NCBI RefSeq assembly: GCF_964204865.1
Contig: NC_135254.1
Location: 17,794,001 to 17,858,000 of the forward strand
Length of the DNA stretch: 64,000 nucleotides
From: Styela clava
Taxonomy: Eukaryota
Direction of reading: 5' to 3'
Positions 1 through 14,400 of this stretch are shown piece after piece. Position numbers and translations under genes: made by a program. Position 1 is the stretch's first letter, and each line of letters begins with the position of its first letter. The notes under the pieces are model-generated. The model did no database searches. It was not told the DNA's origin and was given only the letters and a program-made list of their open reading frames with translations.

Positions 1-1759
1 CCATGATAAACACAATTAAATATCCAAATTACCATTTTTACGTCAAACATTTAAGACTTATTATTTGTTCATCGAGAAAATGAACCCTCTTAAAAAATAA
101 AAGTGGACAATTGTTCAATATTACAAAAATATTTGTATCACTTATTCTTAGATAAAACCTAAATAAACCTAAAAAGTATCGATAGATCAACGCAGCAAAA
201 GTTTCAAAGGTCATACGATGTAAATTTAATATGCATGAAACTTCCGAATAAATAAACTATCCTTATTAATTTTGCATGTAACCTAATTGGATTTAGTTTG
301 GACGTAATAAGTTGATCTGAATATATTTATTATTTAATATTATTTATCAAAACCTGTCATGTAATAACATATCAATAACAAAGTGTATAGAAATAATTTT
401 AGCATATTTCAAAAAATTTTCATTTTAGATGATGCTACTAAACAATAAAGCACCACCCAACGAAAGGAGAAAAAAGTAATTTTGGAAAAGTCACAACTAC
501 CTACACTAAACTTGCTATAAGCTATGAAAGAGCTATATTTGTATCAGAGATGTGATTAGAACAGTGAGAGATATGAGACTGGGAGCAATCATTTCGACGC
601 TGTTAGAAAAATAACTAGCTGAAAGGGACTTCCACAACACAGTTTTAGGAAGCATACCGCTTATTTTCCTTTGTTTCTGCATGTTTGGACCTTATTTGAG
701 GTATTATTTTCTCTCCTGATTTTGTATTCAGTTTTTATTTGTTTGTTTTTATCAAATATTTTATCGCCTGTTTCGTTGATGTGGTAATAATTTATACTTA
801 TTAGGAAACAAGAAATTTTACCCTGAATATAACATAGTCAGATTCAACCCACAAACTCTCTATTCTCCATAAGATATATATGTATCATTATATATTAATG
901 AATGCAATATAATGTTGTTGCACTTTCTCATTTATAATTCATAAAATAAATTTGATAAAATTTTGTCATGCAGGCAAAGGTGATGGATGATATTAGACAT
1001 ATATTATGCCATATATTTTGATGCCTCGTTGTTCAAAGCATGTTTTATTGAAGGTCATGAGAGATCAGGGATAAAAGGATAGCATAGCAATTAACGGAAT
1101 ACAAAAAACTTTTTATAGTATGGCATGATACGGGTATCAGCTTACTAATATCAAAATCCACATAGCAAGACAGGAGTGAATTTTTGCATAGAGAAATTAT
1201 TGACTTGAAACCAACTTATGAGCTTAGTAGAACATAGGATGAGGTTTTAAAAGCACATATTATGCCTATGGTTCACTTGGTAAGCGTGATGGCCTAACTG
1301 TTAAAAGTATTAGAGTCAGATGTGTTGGTATCGCGATTCGTGAGCTATCCGCAATTCCGAACCGATGAGCGAATGTTCCAAAACCAAAAAATAGAATCTC
1401 CTTACATATTGTAAGATAAGATATCCGTTGCCGATTGTACAGGGCAACAGGATGTTCCACCGAGCTAAAAAATTTCCAACTTTTATGGCATTTTTTAGAA
1501 TTGTTGAGTAATACAGATCGACATACGATTTTGAAAAATTGTATGTCCTCTAGGCCCTAATGTTCCGTTGCTAATTTATATTTATTTGAGTTTAACTGAA
1601 TTGATGCCAAATCTTTTTTAAAACAGGAACCTTTTAATAAATTAGGAAAAAATAATTGAAATTTAGTTAGTTAAAAAAAGAAGCGAACAATCGACAACTA
1701 ATTATATTATTGTTTTACAAAATCATACAGACGAATATATAACATAGTAAAAGGTCAAC

Positions 1760-4700
1760 ATGAGTGAGATTCTAGAAGCAGGAAAACCACCAAGTAGTCA
1801 AGAAACAAAAGTCAATGGAAATCGGAGTTCATCATCAGTTAGTCCTGAATCAAGTATTTCAACTTCAAGGGGAAGTACACCAAATCCTGTGGTTTCGGTG
1901 GGAACTTTTGAGTTTCATTTTTTGCCAAACTATTTGAGTATTTTGTAATAACTCTACTTGTGTCATCCACATGCTGTAAAAAACTTATGATATCTAACTC
2001 GTTTGGAGTCATGACTTGTATTATAAACATGAATTTTATAACAGGATTTGAAATTTACAATAAGACATAGAGGCAAAACAAAATGAATTGGAAATCATAA
2101 ACATTAGGACTAATATGAAGATGACGAACTGAAATTTAATGAGACTTAATCGATTTAATTTTGGATAAGTCCAAACTCATAAACAGGCCCCAGCCTGAAA
2201 TCCTCGCTAACGTTCATGTTCAATTTAGACAGCAGAACACGGAAAAGTTTTGGATTGGTGGCGAAGAGTAGCAATGGAATATGCAAAATCAGCAGCAGTA
2301 AGTGTATTACGGTAATTAAAAACACAATAAGTCAGCTTTACAGTCTAAAGATTAGTACAGAATGTGCGTATGTGTAATAAGTAATACCGCTATATTAAAT
2401 TGACAGAGTGTGAATATGATATATCGTGAATTTCACGAGGTGGAATGTAAATTTCACTAGATGATTCATCTGAGAAGAAATTTGACAATTACCTGCCAAA
2501 CACTTGTCTAAAATAGAAGATTTTCTCTCTGAGTTGGGCAATCATAACCAAAAAGTCCAACCAAAAGCAGTATTTTACCAAATCACCAAAATCTGTAAGT
2601 AAAACAATCTAATACATATATTAGCTCAAGCAAGATAACTGGATGCAAGCATTTCATGACATGGACATGGAGGAGGTAAAGGAAGATCTACTAGAAGAAT
2701 TTCAGGTGATGGAGCACTTCATTTACAATTACCATATTTGTTTTCCATTTCCTGTGTATGTTATTAAATAATGTGTTCGACTTCCAAATTCAGAATGTAT
2801 GATACATAAATGATACTATTTAGGCAGTATTTACTATATTTTCACCACAATATAACCTGAAAATATTTTACAGCAACTATTGACGGAAGATTTGAAAAAT
2901 TTAAAGCAAGATGAAGCAAGACGATATTTTGATAGACTGCGGTAAGAATTTTAACGGGAGAAATAAATTAAATTAAAAAGTCCTTATTCAGGAAAGTTTG
3001 CGGCGATTCGCTGAGTGCGTCTCAAAAATTAACAGAATTCTGTTAAACATAACTAATATATGATTGAATATATAAATGTATATGAATCAATAAATTAGTT
3101 TATCTTTCTATGTTGTTTACTTTCACTTAATTCTGTTTTGATCACAAAATTAATTTTCAATTAAATAGTATAAAATACAGTAATTTTTTTTCATGTTCGC
3201 AGTGAGTTTTATCGCTGATAATTTGGTCCACATGAAAAAAATAATTGGGAACTGCTGTCCAATAATTAAAACTGAATATTTAAATCTTGATATCAGAGAT
3301 CGGACCAAAAATCATTATTCCAAGCGTTTGACTCATGATGATCAAATAACATAACTAATTTAACTTTACACTAATGAAGAGAAGATTAAAAAAATAACAA
3401 GGTTTCAGATTCATATTCAACATGAACATCCAACTTAGGCCGCTCTGAAGTATTTATACCAAGATGACACACAACCTGAACAACCCTGACCTGGTACACA
3501 TAATATGTTCAGGTCTTGCGCCATCTTGGTACGAATACTTCGGGAGCAACCAATTTAGAATATCATTTCAGGATGCATTTGGAATAGTCAGTTATTGTTT
3601 TTTGCTTTCCTTGGCTACTGGGCAACAATCATGAAATACATGCGAAACAGATAAACATGTTTAATATTTATGTTACCGTACTTCATAACAGGGAACAATT
3701 GGAAGTATTCGAAAACAACAAACTTTATGAAATAACTAAAGAAATGAAAATTGCTGATAAAAATAAAAGGTTTGAATATTTGAGTGGACAGTTCATGGAA
3801 GACACAAAGAAGAGAATAAAAGAAGCACTAAGTGAGGTAAGTATAACAATGCTTGGTGCTACTCTACATTTATAGAAAGATTGTCTATAAAAGAGAAAAT
3901 CTTGGAACAAAATTTAACCTAAATATTATTTAATTTATCAGAGTATTCAAATGCCTAGCTAGTGTCGTTTATAAACCTCGTTGTATAGCTTGAAGTTGAG
4001 ATGCTGTTTTGAATAACTATGTTGTGTAGAATTGTTCAAAACATGAAACCATACCTAAAAGTGCAAATATTACTAGAAGATGTTACATTCAGAATCTACA
4101 GAAGAGCAGTAAATATTTTTGACTGCAAGACTTGAAGACTTAGACAACATGCGAATTTTGCATGTTTTGTCGGGGTATCATTTTCGTATTTATCCCAGGA
4201 GAGAGCAAAGTGATAGGGCGGCACAATCACACCTCTCATCTGGTAACTATTCCATGTCGGGTACGGGAATAGTAACCCAGTTATTTGTTTTAGATGCATG
4301 GATTTGATGGTGAGGGAGACAGCAACGCACAGCTGTGGCACGAACTACTCTTAATCTGAAAGAATCCAGCAATCCTCTCGCACTTACCGTAATTATCCTA
4401 ACAGGATTAGAACCAACGAACCTATGAGAGTCATCAGAGATGCGATGGGAAGTGTATTCCTAGCGCTTAGCATAATGCGAACAAACCGCCGATCGTGTAA
4501 AATATATTGACACTCAATTTCAGAAAGAACAAACAATATTTGATAAAGAATGGAGACTAGAATGTGAAGATTATGGAAAAGGCAGAGTAATTGATATGGA
4601 TAATCAACTTCGAAATACAATGAATCAAACTTTACAAAAGACAACTAGATTATTCAAAAATACAGTCACAGAAATTACTGTCAACAAACAGGTGAAATAA

Positions 4701-5860
4701 CTGGCTTCTAATTAGATCGATATATATTTATATTCAAACAATAGTGATATAATAGGCCTATTTGAATCCATTCAAATTGATTATATTTAATGATATTCCT
4801 ATAAATATTGATTTTGGAAATAATTCAAACATTTTCATAAGAAATATTCTCATTTAGAAATTTTAGAGCTTAGAGTCTCCCAATATGGACAGAAAAGTCT
4901 TATTAATTTGATTTTTGAAAAGGTAAAAAAAAAAGATCCTCTCGCAACGTTCCTGATTTTTCAAATTCAAACTCATTGAATATACATCGCCTGCTATATG
5001 CTCTCCATCGAACATTGTCCAATTTAGGATAGTAGATTATTTAGTTTGGCCATCCCTGCTCTTATATAATGTAAGCTTCAAAATCTATGGGAAATTTGGT
5101 ATAGGCTTACAAATATTCAATGTATCATTGCATAACGGGTAATTTATATTCACTTTATACTTTATTCACTGTATTATGTAATTTCAAGCATATTTGAAAT
5201 ATTTATTAAATGCAAAATATCAACTTTATTTATATCCGAGATGAAAAATAGTTTGGTATTCAAGATTTTGCCAAATATAGATGCTCGATTCAACCCTTAA
5301 TAACATTAAAATTTTGCTTCCTTTTGATTTAGACAAACATGGAGATTGCAGAAAACAATATTCAATCATATGCATTAGTGTTATCAACAAATTGTGATGA
5401 CAGAAAATATTATTTACGAAATACAGTTACTGAGTACTTAACACAGGTATGAGAAATTAGATATTCTACTTTGAGAGTTGGTGTATCATACTGAAACTTC
5501 TGATCAAGACAGACATAAGTCAGTAAATATTCTGTAAAGGTTACAGGTTCAACGCCAATTGGTCAGGATAGGTGCACCTGGGACTTTTACCCAATACCGT
5601 CTTATACCCAATCTATACTAGTTTCAGGACTTTTACCAAATACCGCCTATCAAGATACTTGTCATATTATTTATTATCGACATCTCTCTCCTCTATTGTG
5701 TCTATATGCTACACAGGAAAGACAAAGAAGGGACAACATTTTACAAGAAATGATGGAAAAAGAACTGAGGACACTACATCGAGAGTTGGCACAGCTTAAA
5801 AAAAGTATGGGATATAGCCCAGCAAGAAGGTGTTGTGCAAGTATGTGTACTATTTTGTGA
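1760..5860 (+). CDS. Uncharacterised ~308-aa predominantly helical/coiled-coil protein with C-terminal CaaX prenylation motif (8 coding exons)
   Basis: Phase-consistent GT-AG exons: 1760-1897 (alternative in-frame donor at 1837), 2229-2297, 2625-2705, 2874-2941, 3692-3836, 4524-4691, 5333-5446, 5717-5860; 927 nt, open throughout. In-frame TAG TAA lies just upstream of ATG 1760. The protein ends ...ELRTLHRELAQLKKSMGYSPARRCCASMCTIL*. Confidence 0.8.
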
Positions 5861-8402
5861 CCAACGACACAATAAGATAGTTTAAGGATGCAGCCGATCT
5901 TCGAATATGGTAGAAGAGGCCTTTATCACTACGCTATCTTTACAAAGAGTTTGGTGGAATATTGGCAATATTGTCCTTGGGAATGATAAGACTTCTGAAA
6001 CTGCCATTAGACCTTTTGATGACAATGCAGTAATTGATTTAAAAGTGAAGATTTTCGGAAATACAAGAACAATTAATGGAATGCTATTGTATATCTCCAA
6101 ATTTCACTTCTGCTAGTCAGTTGAACTCAATCTTTAAAAATTGAGTCACAGTTCATCGAAAACATTTATCATTTTTTTCATGAAATTTTATCATTTATAA
6201 TAATCTATGAGAAAATTTGCATATCACAAGGGATCAATTGAAAATGTTCATAAAGCTACAATATTTGATTTGGACTCTCCAATTTATATTTGCTTAACAA
6301 AGTTACTACTTTCTTTATCGAAAATTTATGGATCACTTCCTTATTACATTTCTTTGAAGGTAATGAAAGCATTTTCTGTTATGTAAAAGTTTGGCAATTT
6401 GTAAATAGAAGAGTACAAGTTATAAATTTCCATACATTAACTAGGTGTTCACAACCAGATAATTTAGTGTTTTTAAACATTCTGGGATGAAACTTTTCTA
6501 ATGCAGAACAAGAGAGCAATGCTCAAATACATGGGCACAAAAGCCAAAACGAAGTGGTACAGACATTTAAACTCAAAGATTGCAAACATGAGACTGCCAT
6601 AAGGTGCTCAATTTTTTGTTTCGATGACGTCACCAAACACATAAAACGAAATATAGAATAAAAATAATAGCCTTCTAGCGACAACAACAATTTTCAACCC
6701 AAGAAAATGTCAAAGCAATTTGTTGTTCATTACAAAATTGCTCTCAAAAACAAATTTGAAATGCAATTGAGAATAAATACGATACTTCAATTTGGACTTT
6801 ATCGTGTAACAAACAATAAAATGAACACATGCTAGAAATTCAAATCCAACATAGCAGAAGTTCAGAATCACCACACAGTTAAAATTAAAACAAAAACGGC
6901 AAACGATATACAACATGTATCGTGCAATGAATGTGAAAATAATGACATGCCGTGAAAAGCAAACTCACACACCGACTTACCCAGCCTGAAATCCTGAATC
7001 TTGAAGCTGATGCTGTTCAATTAATATTGTATCACATAAAAATATTCACTATTACAGTTTAAAAGTTAACGTTCAATTAAATAACTGAAATTTTATAGTA
7101 AATAATAGATAAATAGGTAATTGGTAAACAGAGATGGCTGTTCATATTCAAGTTCATGCATTATAAACCAATAACTAGTTAACTAATACCATACCTGACA
7201 TAGACTGGTAAACAAATTAGAAGCCATAGTAGGTCATAGGATTGAGTCCATCTAATTGGCTTTCCTTTACCCAGGAATGAGTATTTAAAAAATACCATCC
7301 CCAATTCTCATTCAATGGTTCTCTATCAAAAGTTCTCATTTAATTGCCTATTTATAATGAAAACAAATTGAATTTTCGTTTTTTTTTTGTCATGGCAGTC
7401 TGGATTTTGCCATCTTATACTCCCAGTGCTTTTGCCCAAAATGGAAGATATTACCATATATTAAACTGCAAGGCTCTGGGAGTCAAAGTATCTGACAATT
7501 TGTTTACCTCAAGTAATACGAAGATAATTTCTCAGTAGTGGATTTTGATATGAAGGTCAAATACTAATAGTTGCATTGGCCTTTAGCTTTAACATGTATA
7601 CAACAACCACCAGCTAGGAAAAAGTTATATATAAAGTGGTATACTGCGGACTGTCAATATATTAAATATCAGAGCAATTTTCGAGCAAAACTTCACAACC
7701 TCAAAATGCAACATTGAAAGTGTAAATTTTAATAAATATTAGGAATTTAGATTTATATACTTATGTTATTGATATACATAAACTATACCAACCTGCGCTG
7801 AAATTCAACAAATCCAGGCAAAAGCAATCTATTTACTGAAAACTACAACGTTCTGCTATATATCTGTCAACACTAGAACACTTACGAATTTATTGAATAT
7901 TTACTCAGATGTGATTTTAGACAAGCGTCCAAATACTCCTGTGTGCAGTCGAGCGTATCCTTTGTTTTACGGATGTGACAATATAGGAAATATCGCACAT
8001 AATCTAGTTATAGTGTCTCAGTAAGGAACAATGCAGACAATAGCACAAAAGAAACATTGATTTGAAGATTACGACATTGAATTGAATGACGATTTTACTT
8101 TGAAATCCTACCCAACTCAAGCTTTTGATATTTTTGAATTGCTAAAGTATATTGATTCAGCCAGTTTTTGTTGGAGAAAAAAACATTCGCCATTCATATT
8201 TATCAAACTATACATTTGGTATTGGCAATGGATTAAATCAGGGCTGGGAAGCTGGTTCGAAATCACAATAGCTCTCACTCCAGCTACAGATCAATTCATT
8301 TTTTTACCCCGAGCTGGGCCTCGTCTCCATTGCCATTGGAGTTATTTGGTATGGCCGCTACTATGAAACATCAGCCAAAATGTAGTTTTGTGGAAGTGAG
8401 AC

Positions 8403-11400
8403 TCAACTATGATGAGAGTTTCGAATTGCAAATTCAAGCTGAAACTTTTACATTGTTGATAATAGAAATTTAAATAAAAATTCTCAGCGGAAAAAAATAG
8501 ATTTCATTATTTTCATGAAGTTTCAGAAAATTAAAAATTTAAAAAAGGGTGCTGTTTAATTTTGCGTTCAATCATTCATAGAAAATATTTGATAAAATAC
8601 TCTATGGCGCCACATAGTGATGGTTGTAGGATTCATTCATTTTTAGAAGACTTGATTTATCAAAACAAATACGATGACAAACTAAAGACGTTTTACATAT
8701 AGGCTATGGTTAGGATGATCCTCTTGATTTTATGTTGAAAGTGATTTTTTCACAAAAAATATGACGTAGAACCAGTAGAAGTAATTATTTGACTCAAAAG
8801 GGAGTATTAAATTTGGTGAACGCAATGCGAAGAGGAAAAATTCCTGCTGGTACAGATCTATGTACGAAGTGAAATGTGTATAAAACACCATGTAAAAACT
8901 ACCATTTATATTTGAAAGTGAACAAAAAAAAAGAGCTCACTTGTCTATTACTTGGATGATTTGAATCTTCAAGTTCTGGTGATGATGGAACACTCAAATG
9001 AAATGTACCTTCGGTTGTTAAGGTGTCAGGACTCCATATATCAGGAATTTCTTGTGGAGTCCACTGAGTCGTTCGATCAACAGACCTTACTTTTTCTGTA
9101 AGACATGTAAACCAGAATATAGGCACATCAATTCACAAATTCATTATTTATGTATTGAGAAGGGTTATTAAACAGTGGCTATATTGTATATTATATATAT
9201 TAGGGATGGCAAACCTTTTTCAATGAATGGGTCAAAAATTATATTTTTATCATGAAATAGAAGTGAGTGGGTCACAGATATTTAATCAATGTTTGTATCT
9301 ATAAGAAACTTCTGAAATCTTATGTTGGTGTAGTTTTGTGCTTTATTTATGCAGCACTTCTATCAGGGACTTGTTATGGCACTCGATTTCATGAAATTAG
9401 AGAACAAAATCACGCATATGAATCACCAAAAAAGTTTAGGATGATGCGCAAATTATTTTTTGAAGTTTGGAGTTTGGAGGGAATTCCACTCTTTCTGTTT
9501 TTTCTGTCTGTTTTGCAAGGAGTTTGGAGAAAATTCCACTCTGATAGAGTTTAATTTTTCGATCAGCTTTCAACCACATTGAGGCACTCTCACACTGCGT
9601 CATTGCTATTTCAGATCTCTATGTTTTTATTTCAAGTCTGAAAGATTTTGTTTTCTTAACGGCATTGTAAGTGAGAAACTAATAAAATGCAAAGTAGCAT
9701 CTAGTTCTCGTATAACCCCTAAAACAGTCTGCAGAGATTTCCGAAAGAGACAAGACGTTGCGAAAAATGAACAGATAAATTGCATTATTATGACATAAAC
9801 GATGTCAGAGCCAATAGCTGAATAATGAACGATACACAGCGGTGCAGACATGCGTCCAACATTAGCATTATAATAGTTTAGTTATTGTTAGATTAATTTA
9901 AGGCCGGTTTTATCAATTTTCATCACTGATATGTTAGTATTTTATTTTATCCGTGCCTAAACGGGTCACAGATAAAGCGCGGTGAGTCACAAATTGTGAC
10001 CCGCGGGTAAGTGGTTCGCCATCCCTGGTATATATATATGCTATATATACTAGCTCAATTAAGAAATTCTTAAAGATTCATGCTCAGAACAGTAAAAGCT
10101 TTTCAAAATCACATGAAATATCTGTGACTGAATACGTGACATAAATAACTGTGTGATGATTATCGCTTTCTCAATGCGATATTATAGAAGCAATCAGATA
10201 GAAGGGTTCACATAGAAGACATACAGTTTTATGTCTTCATTTACTTAAAAACAAGCACTGTAAGTTGAATAAGAGAGTATTATCCAAATATAAAATGGTT
10301 AGAAATATTTTGGTTAATCTGATGAGTGATGATCGAATACTCAGGATCATCGGCATCTTCCTAGTTCTCTTGAAATTGATAACAGATTGTTGGATGCTAC
10401 ATATATTGCAATATAACATTCTCTTTGATAGGTTATTATTATGATTAGGGATTATTTTTTAGTAGACCTCAGTCTTTCAAAAACCACCAGGCTCCTCTCA
10501 AGTCTTTCTTGAATTTTCTATGAGAATAAATGTAATTTTTTAACAGTTTGTACTTCTATTATAAAAATTAAGTAGTTTTATTCTAATAATCAAATGATAG
10601 TTTTCTCACAAGACAATTAAACTGTTGTTCGTCTAGCCTTTGGAATCTTACATTGGGGTTCGGCTCCAAAAAGGGTTGAAAACCACTGTTCTAGACCAGG
10701 GATGTTTAACACCCTGATTGTGATCGACAGGTCCATCGCATGATTCACATCTCTCTTTGTGTTAACTTAACAGTGTGCCTAAAAGAATATTGTGCAGAGC
10801 CAATATTCAAACATTAACATTAACCAACAAGTTCTTATGGCAATACTGCTGAATTTCATTCCACGAAACTCATCCTATCAAATGGGGAAGATGAACTGGT
10901 AGTGTCAAAAAGTTTAAATATGTCAATGCAAAAAATATAGAATTTCCTCAGAAAATTTTAGCTTATGCTTTGTCATTACCCACATTTTTTTTTCCAGTCA
11001 ATTTTAAATATCCATTTTCACAACCTAGAATCAAGGTTGAAAAACAGGTTTCTACTCAAAGACAGGGAATCATTAGCATGGTAATATAACCATCGGTCAG
11101 TAGCTCTAGTTTCTGATGATTTGGCGACTTGAACGCGTTTATGATGTTCAATTCAAAATTTTATACTCATCCATTTTTGTATGTGACAATATTATCGAAT
11201 AGTCGATATTACAAAAAATTTAGTCTATCTCAGCCAAAGACAAATTGGCACCCCTGCTCTCGACCATGATATTCTGTCAACAGGCAGTGGTATGTATGTT
11301 TTTCCTGCGTGAGATGACTTTCATCAAATGTTCCATTAAGGTATATTAGAAATCGTACAGCAAAAACAAATTATGAAACCTTACCAAGTCTACTGAATCT

Positions 11401-14400
11401 TTCAGTGGATCGAGGAGATACAGTAGATGTTTGAGGTTGTTTATTTGTTTGTCGTAACACGTTTGCTTTTCTACTTGCTTCTTTTGGGGAAGGCTCTGAT
11501 ACTGAAAAATGAGAATTAATTTGAGAATGCAGACATTGGAATACAAAAAATTCAATCTGAAGTTTCCAGGGTACTCCTGAAGTATGTGAACCAAGATGTC
11601 GGATGCCGGAACGTAGTATGTGTACCAGGTTAGGGTTAGTTAGGCCATAATTTTATTCCAAATTACCTTATTTTAGTTCTATTGCGAGTTCAGGGACTAG
11701 CCAAATGACTCTTGTAGTATTTGTACCTGGCCTAACCCTAACCTGGTCCACGTACTACATTCTGGTGTCCGCTTTATTGGTTCACATACTTCGGGAGTAC
11801 TGTTTTTAGTATCTCAATGATCTTGTCTGTATATTGTTTAAAATTTAATAAGTCCAGAATAATAGCACTAGCTCACTTTCTTATGCAGAATGTAATTACC
11901 GTAAGTTAGGATGTCAAACCGGGAAGACAGTGTCTTACGCTAAATACACAAGTATACAGACGTTTCAACCCACCAGTCTCAAGTATGGATATTTGTTTGC
12001 AAGACGGAATAGGACAAGAGGGTAGACGATAAAATATAAAAATATGATCACAATATTACTTGGGTTGAATACACTCAAAAAATAGATTTTATGGCAGTAA
12101 AAAATAGTATGTTTCAAAAGACTTGGACACAGCGTCCAATGTGTTAGCTAGATTTTTTTACCCCCCATAATATGTGCAGTTAAAAATCGAGGATCGAATT
12201 GTTTTGTTCGTGTTGGAACTTTCAGCTTCACCTCAACTTTCGCTAATTGTAATAGTGAGATATTACCCTTTTATTAACATAATTTACAATCACGATGATT
12301 GAGCCACGTCTTCTATACCAGGGCTACTCAACTGGCGGACCGCAGTCCGAATCCGGACCTTTTGAGTGTTAAATTCGGATCGCAGCCGAGTTTGTCTTTG
12401 AATGCATCATTTGGTTTATATTTCATAATCACGGTGTAATTCATTTTCGCTAAACCAGAGAAAAAAATGTCTGAGCACCAAATCGCAATATTGAGCCTTG
12501 CTTTTGTATTTTGTTAAACGATGCATTCGAATTTTAGTTTGCATAGTTGAAATATATTTCTGACCAGACCCCGGTAATTTTAAAATTTTGTGTACGGACC
12601 TTTGGTGAAAATAGTTGAGTAGCCCTGTTCTATACCATCGCGCATCGTTGATAAACATATCTCCGCGCTCGCCCCTACTTGGGGCGAAACGTCTATAAAT
12701 CAATACATGACTGTCTTACTAGTACAAGAGTGGGTTTCAGTTGCTGAATGCTTCTTAATATAACCTATTTAATAGTCCAGGTGTGAAGTATATATAAATT
12801 GACAGAGTTTTATCTCTAACACTTCAATTAATATTTGTAATAACTCACTGCAAACCTCACTTAATCGGTCACAATAGCGAAAAGAGCAAATGTGGGAACT
12901 GAAGTTAATTTTAATATCAGGCCCTATTTTTTCCCCATATATCCGCGGGTTCAATCTATATGCGGGTGCTAAAATTCATGGGTTAGGGTTAGTATGGGTT
13001 AAAATATCCGTAGGTGCAAATTTCCATAGGTGCAATAGTATGCAGGTGCAATTGTCGTGGGTTCAAATTACGGGTTCAAATGTACGTGGGTTCAAATGTA
13101 ATGGAACCAAGAAAAACATAACAACCAAATAACCTTTTATTGTTGGAGCCTGTTGTATAGTTGAAGGTGGTTGCGATATTGTTGTTGATGGTGGGACAGG
13201 TGTCGGCTCCTCCTGCACAGGTGAAAGCTGAACAAAACAACAATGTTTATAAATTCAATTACACAGATATCTCACAGTTGGGAAGTCAATTACCAGTGTA
13301 ATCAATACATAGATCTTATTAATAAACTGATCATTGATCAATTAAACTGTGTGTCAAGTTCTGGACTGCAAAATTTCATAGCCTAGTTAAAATGTTTACA
13401 CTCAAGAACTTGGCTAACTAACTGTGTAGCCTACATATTACAATATAGTAAAGAAACTCCATAAAACCATTTAAAAAAAACAAGCTTTTTTTTTATCATT
13501 TTTGGAAAAAAAACCATACAAAATCCGAAGCAGAGATGTGGATCTGATTACTTATTATTACGTATTTCGCAAGGTGAGGGGTTCGAATTTTGGATTAAAT
13601 CTTCAAAGTGTATGCACAGTGGTCCTTATGAATGTAAATATTTTTCAAAACTATTAGATCATTAATTTGTATAACACATTGAAAAATAACACTGATTATG
13701 CAAGTCAAATATTCTATTGCCGTGTGTCATTCATTGCGAATCTGTTGAAAAATAAATAGTGTGTGTGTGATAGTGATATAGACTTAGTTTGCTAGTTACA
13801 AATGTATGTGCTGCTGTATGTATGATAAACTTTCCTTATGGACCACAAAAATATGATTTTGTAGATGTTTATTGGAAACAAAAATACACTCATTGCTTCC
13901 CACTAATAACTATCAAAACACATATTGTTGAAAATATCTTACCGTCGTCTCTTCATCATCGGACGGTTGATAAACAAACCCCGGTTCTCTGTATTCATGG
14001 AATGCCACAATGTATGAAAGTCTTCCACAGTGCATAGATATTGAGGCTCGAGTCAATGGTCGAAGAAGAGTCAATACACCAGAGTATTTGTAGTAATCTT
14101 CACCCTTGCTAATGAAAATATAAGATAAGTTGACACAACGAAAATGATTGAAAAAATCCAGCACATCAAAAAGACCTGTTCCTAAATATAATTCATCATT
14201 ATTTGTAGGTTTAGTGGTGTTGATGCCTACCCATTGGTAGTAGTCGCTCTCCAGTAAAAGAAACTGAGCATATCCTCAAGAATTGAGCATGTCCCAAGTG
14301 TAAGGTTTGATACATGTGACAAAATAATTATGGGGGTTTGCTGGACTACTCCCTGAGTGATTTGCAAAGCCCAGACACTAGTCGCTTATGTCTTACTCCA

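Noticed and set aside
10467-10517. Extra CCDC33-like exon (KIQERLERSLVVFERL)
   Set aside because: The phase is incompatible with the flanking phase-1 junctions; the required frame hits TGA.
11628-11745. Telomeric repeat or chromosome end
   Set aside because: Only about two TTAGGG units, embedded in MITE arms.
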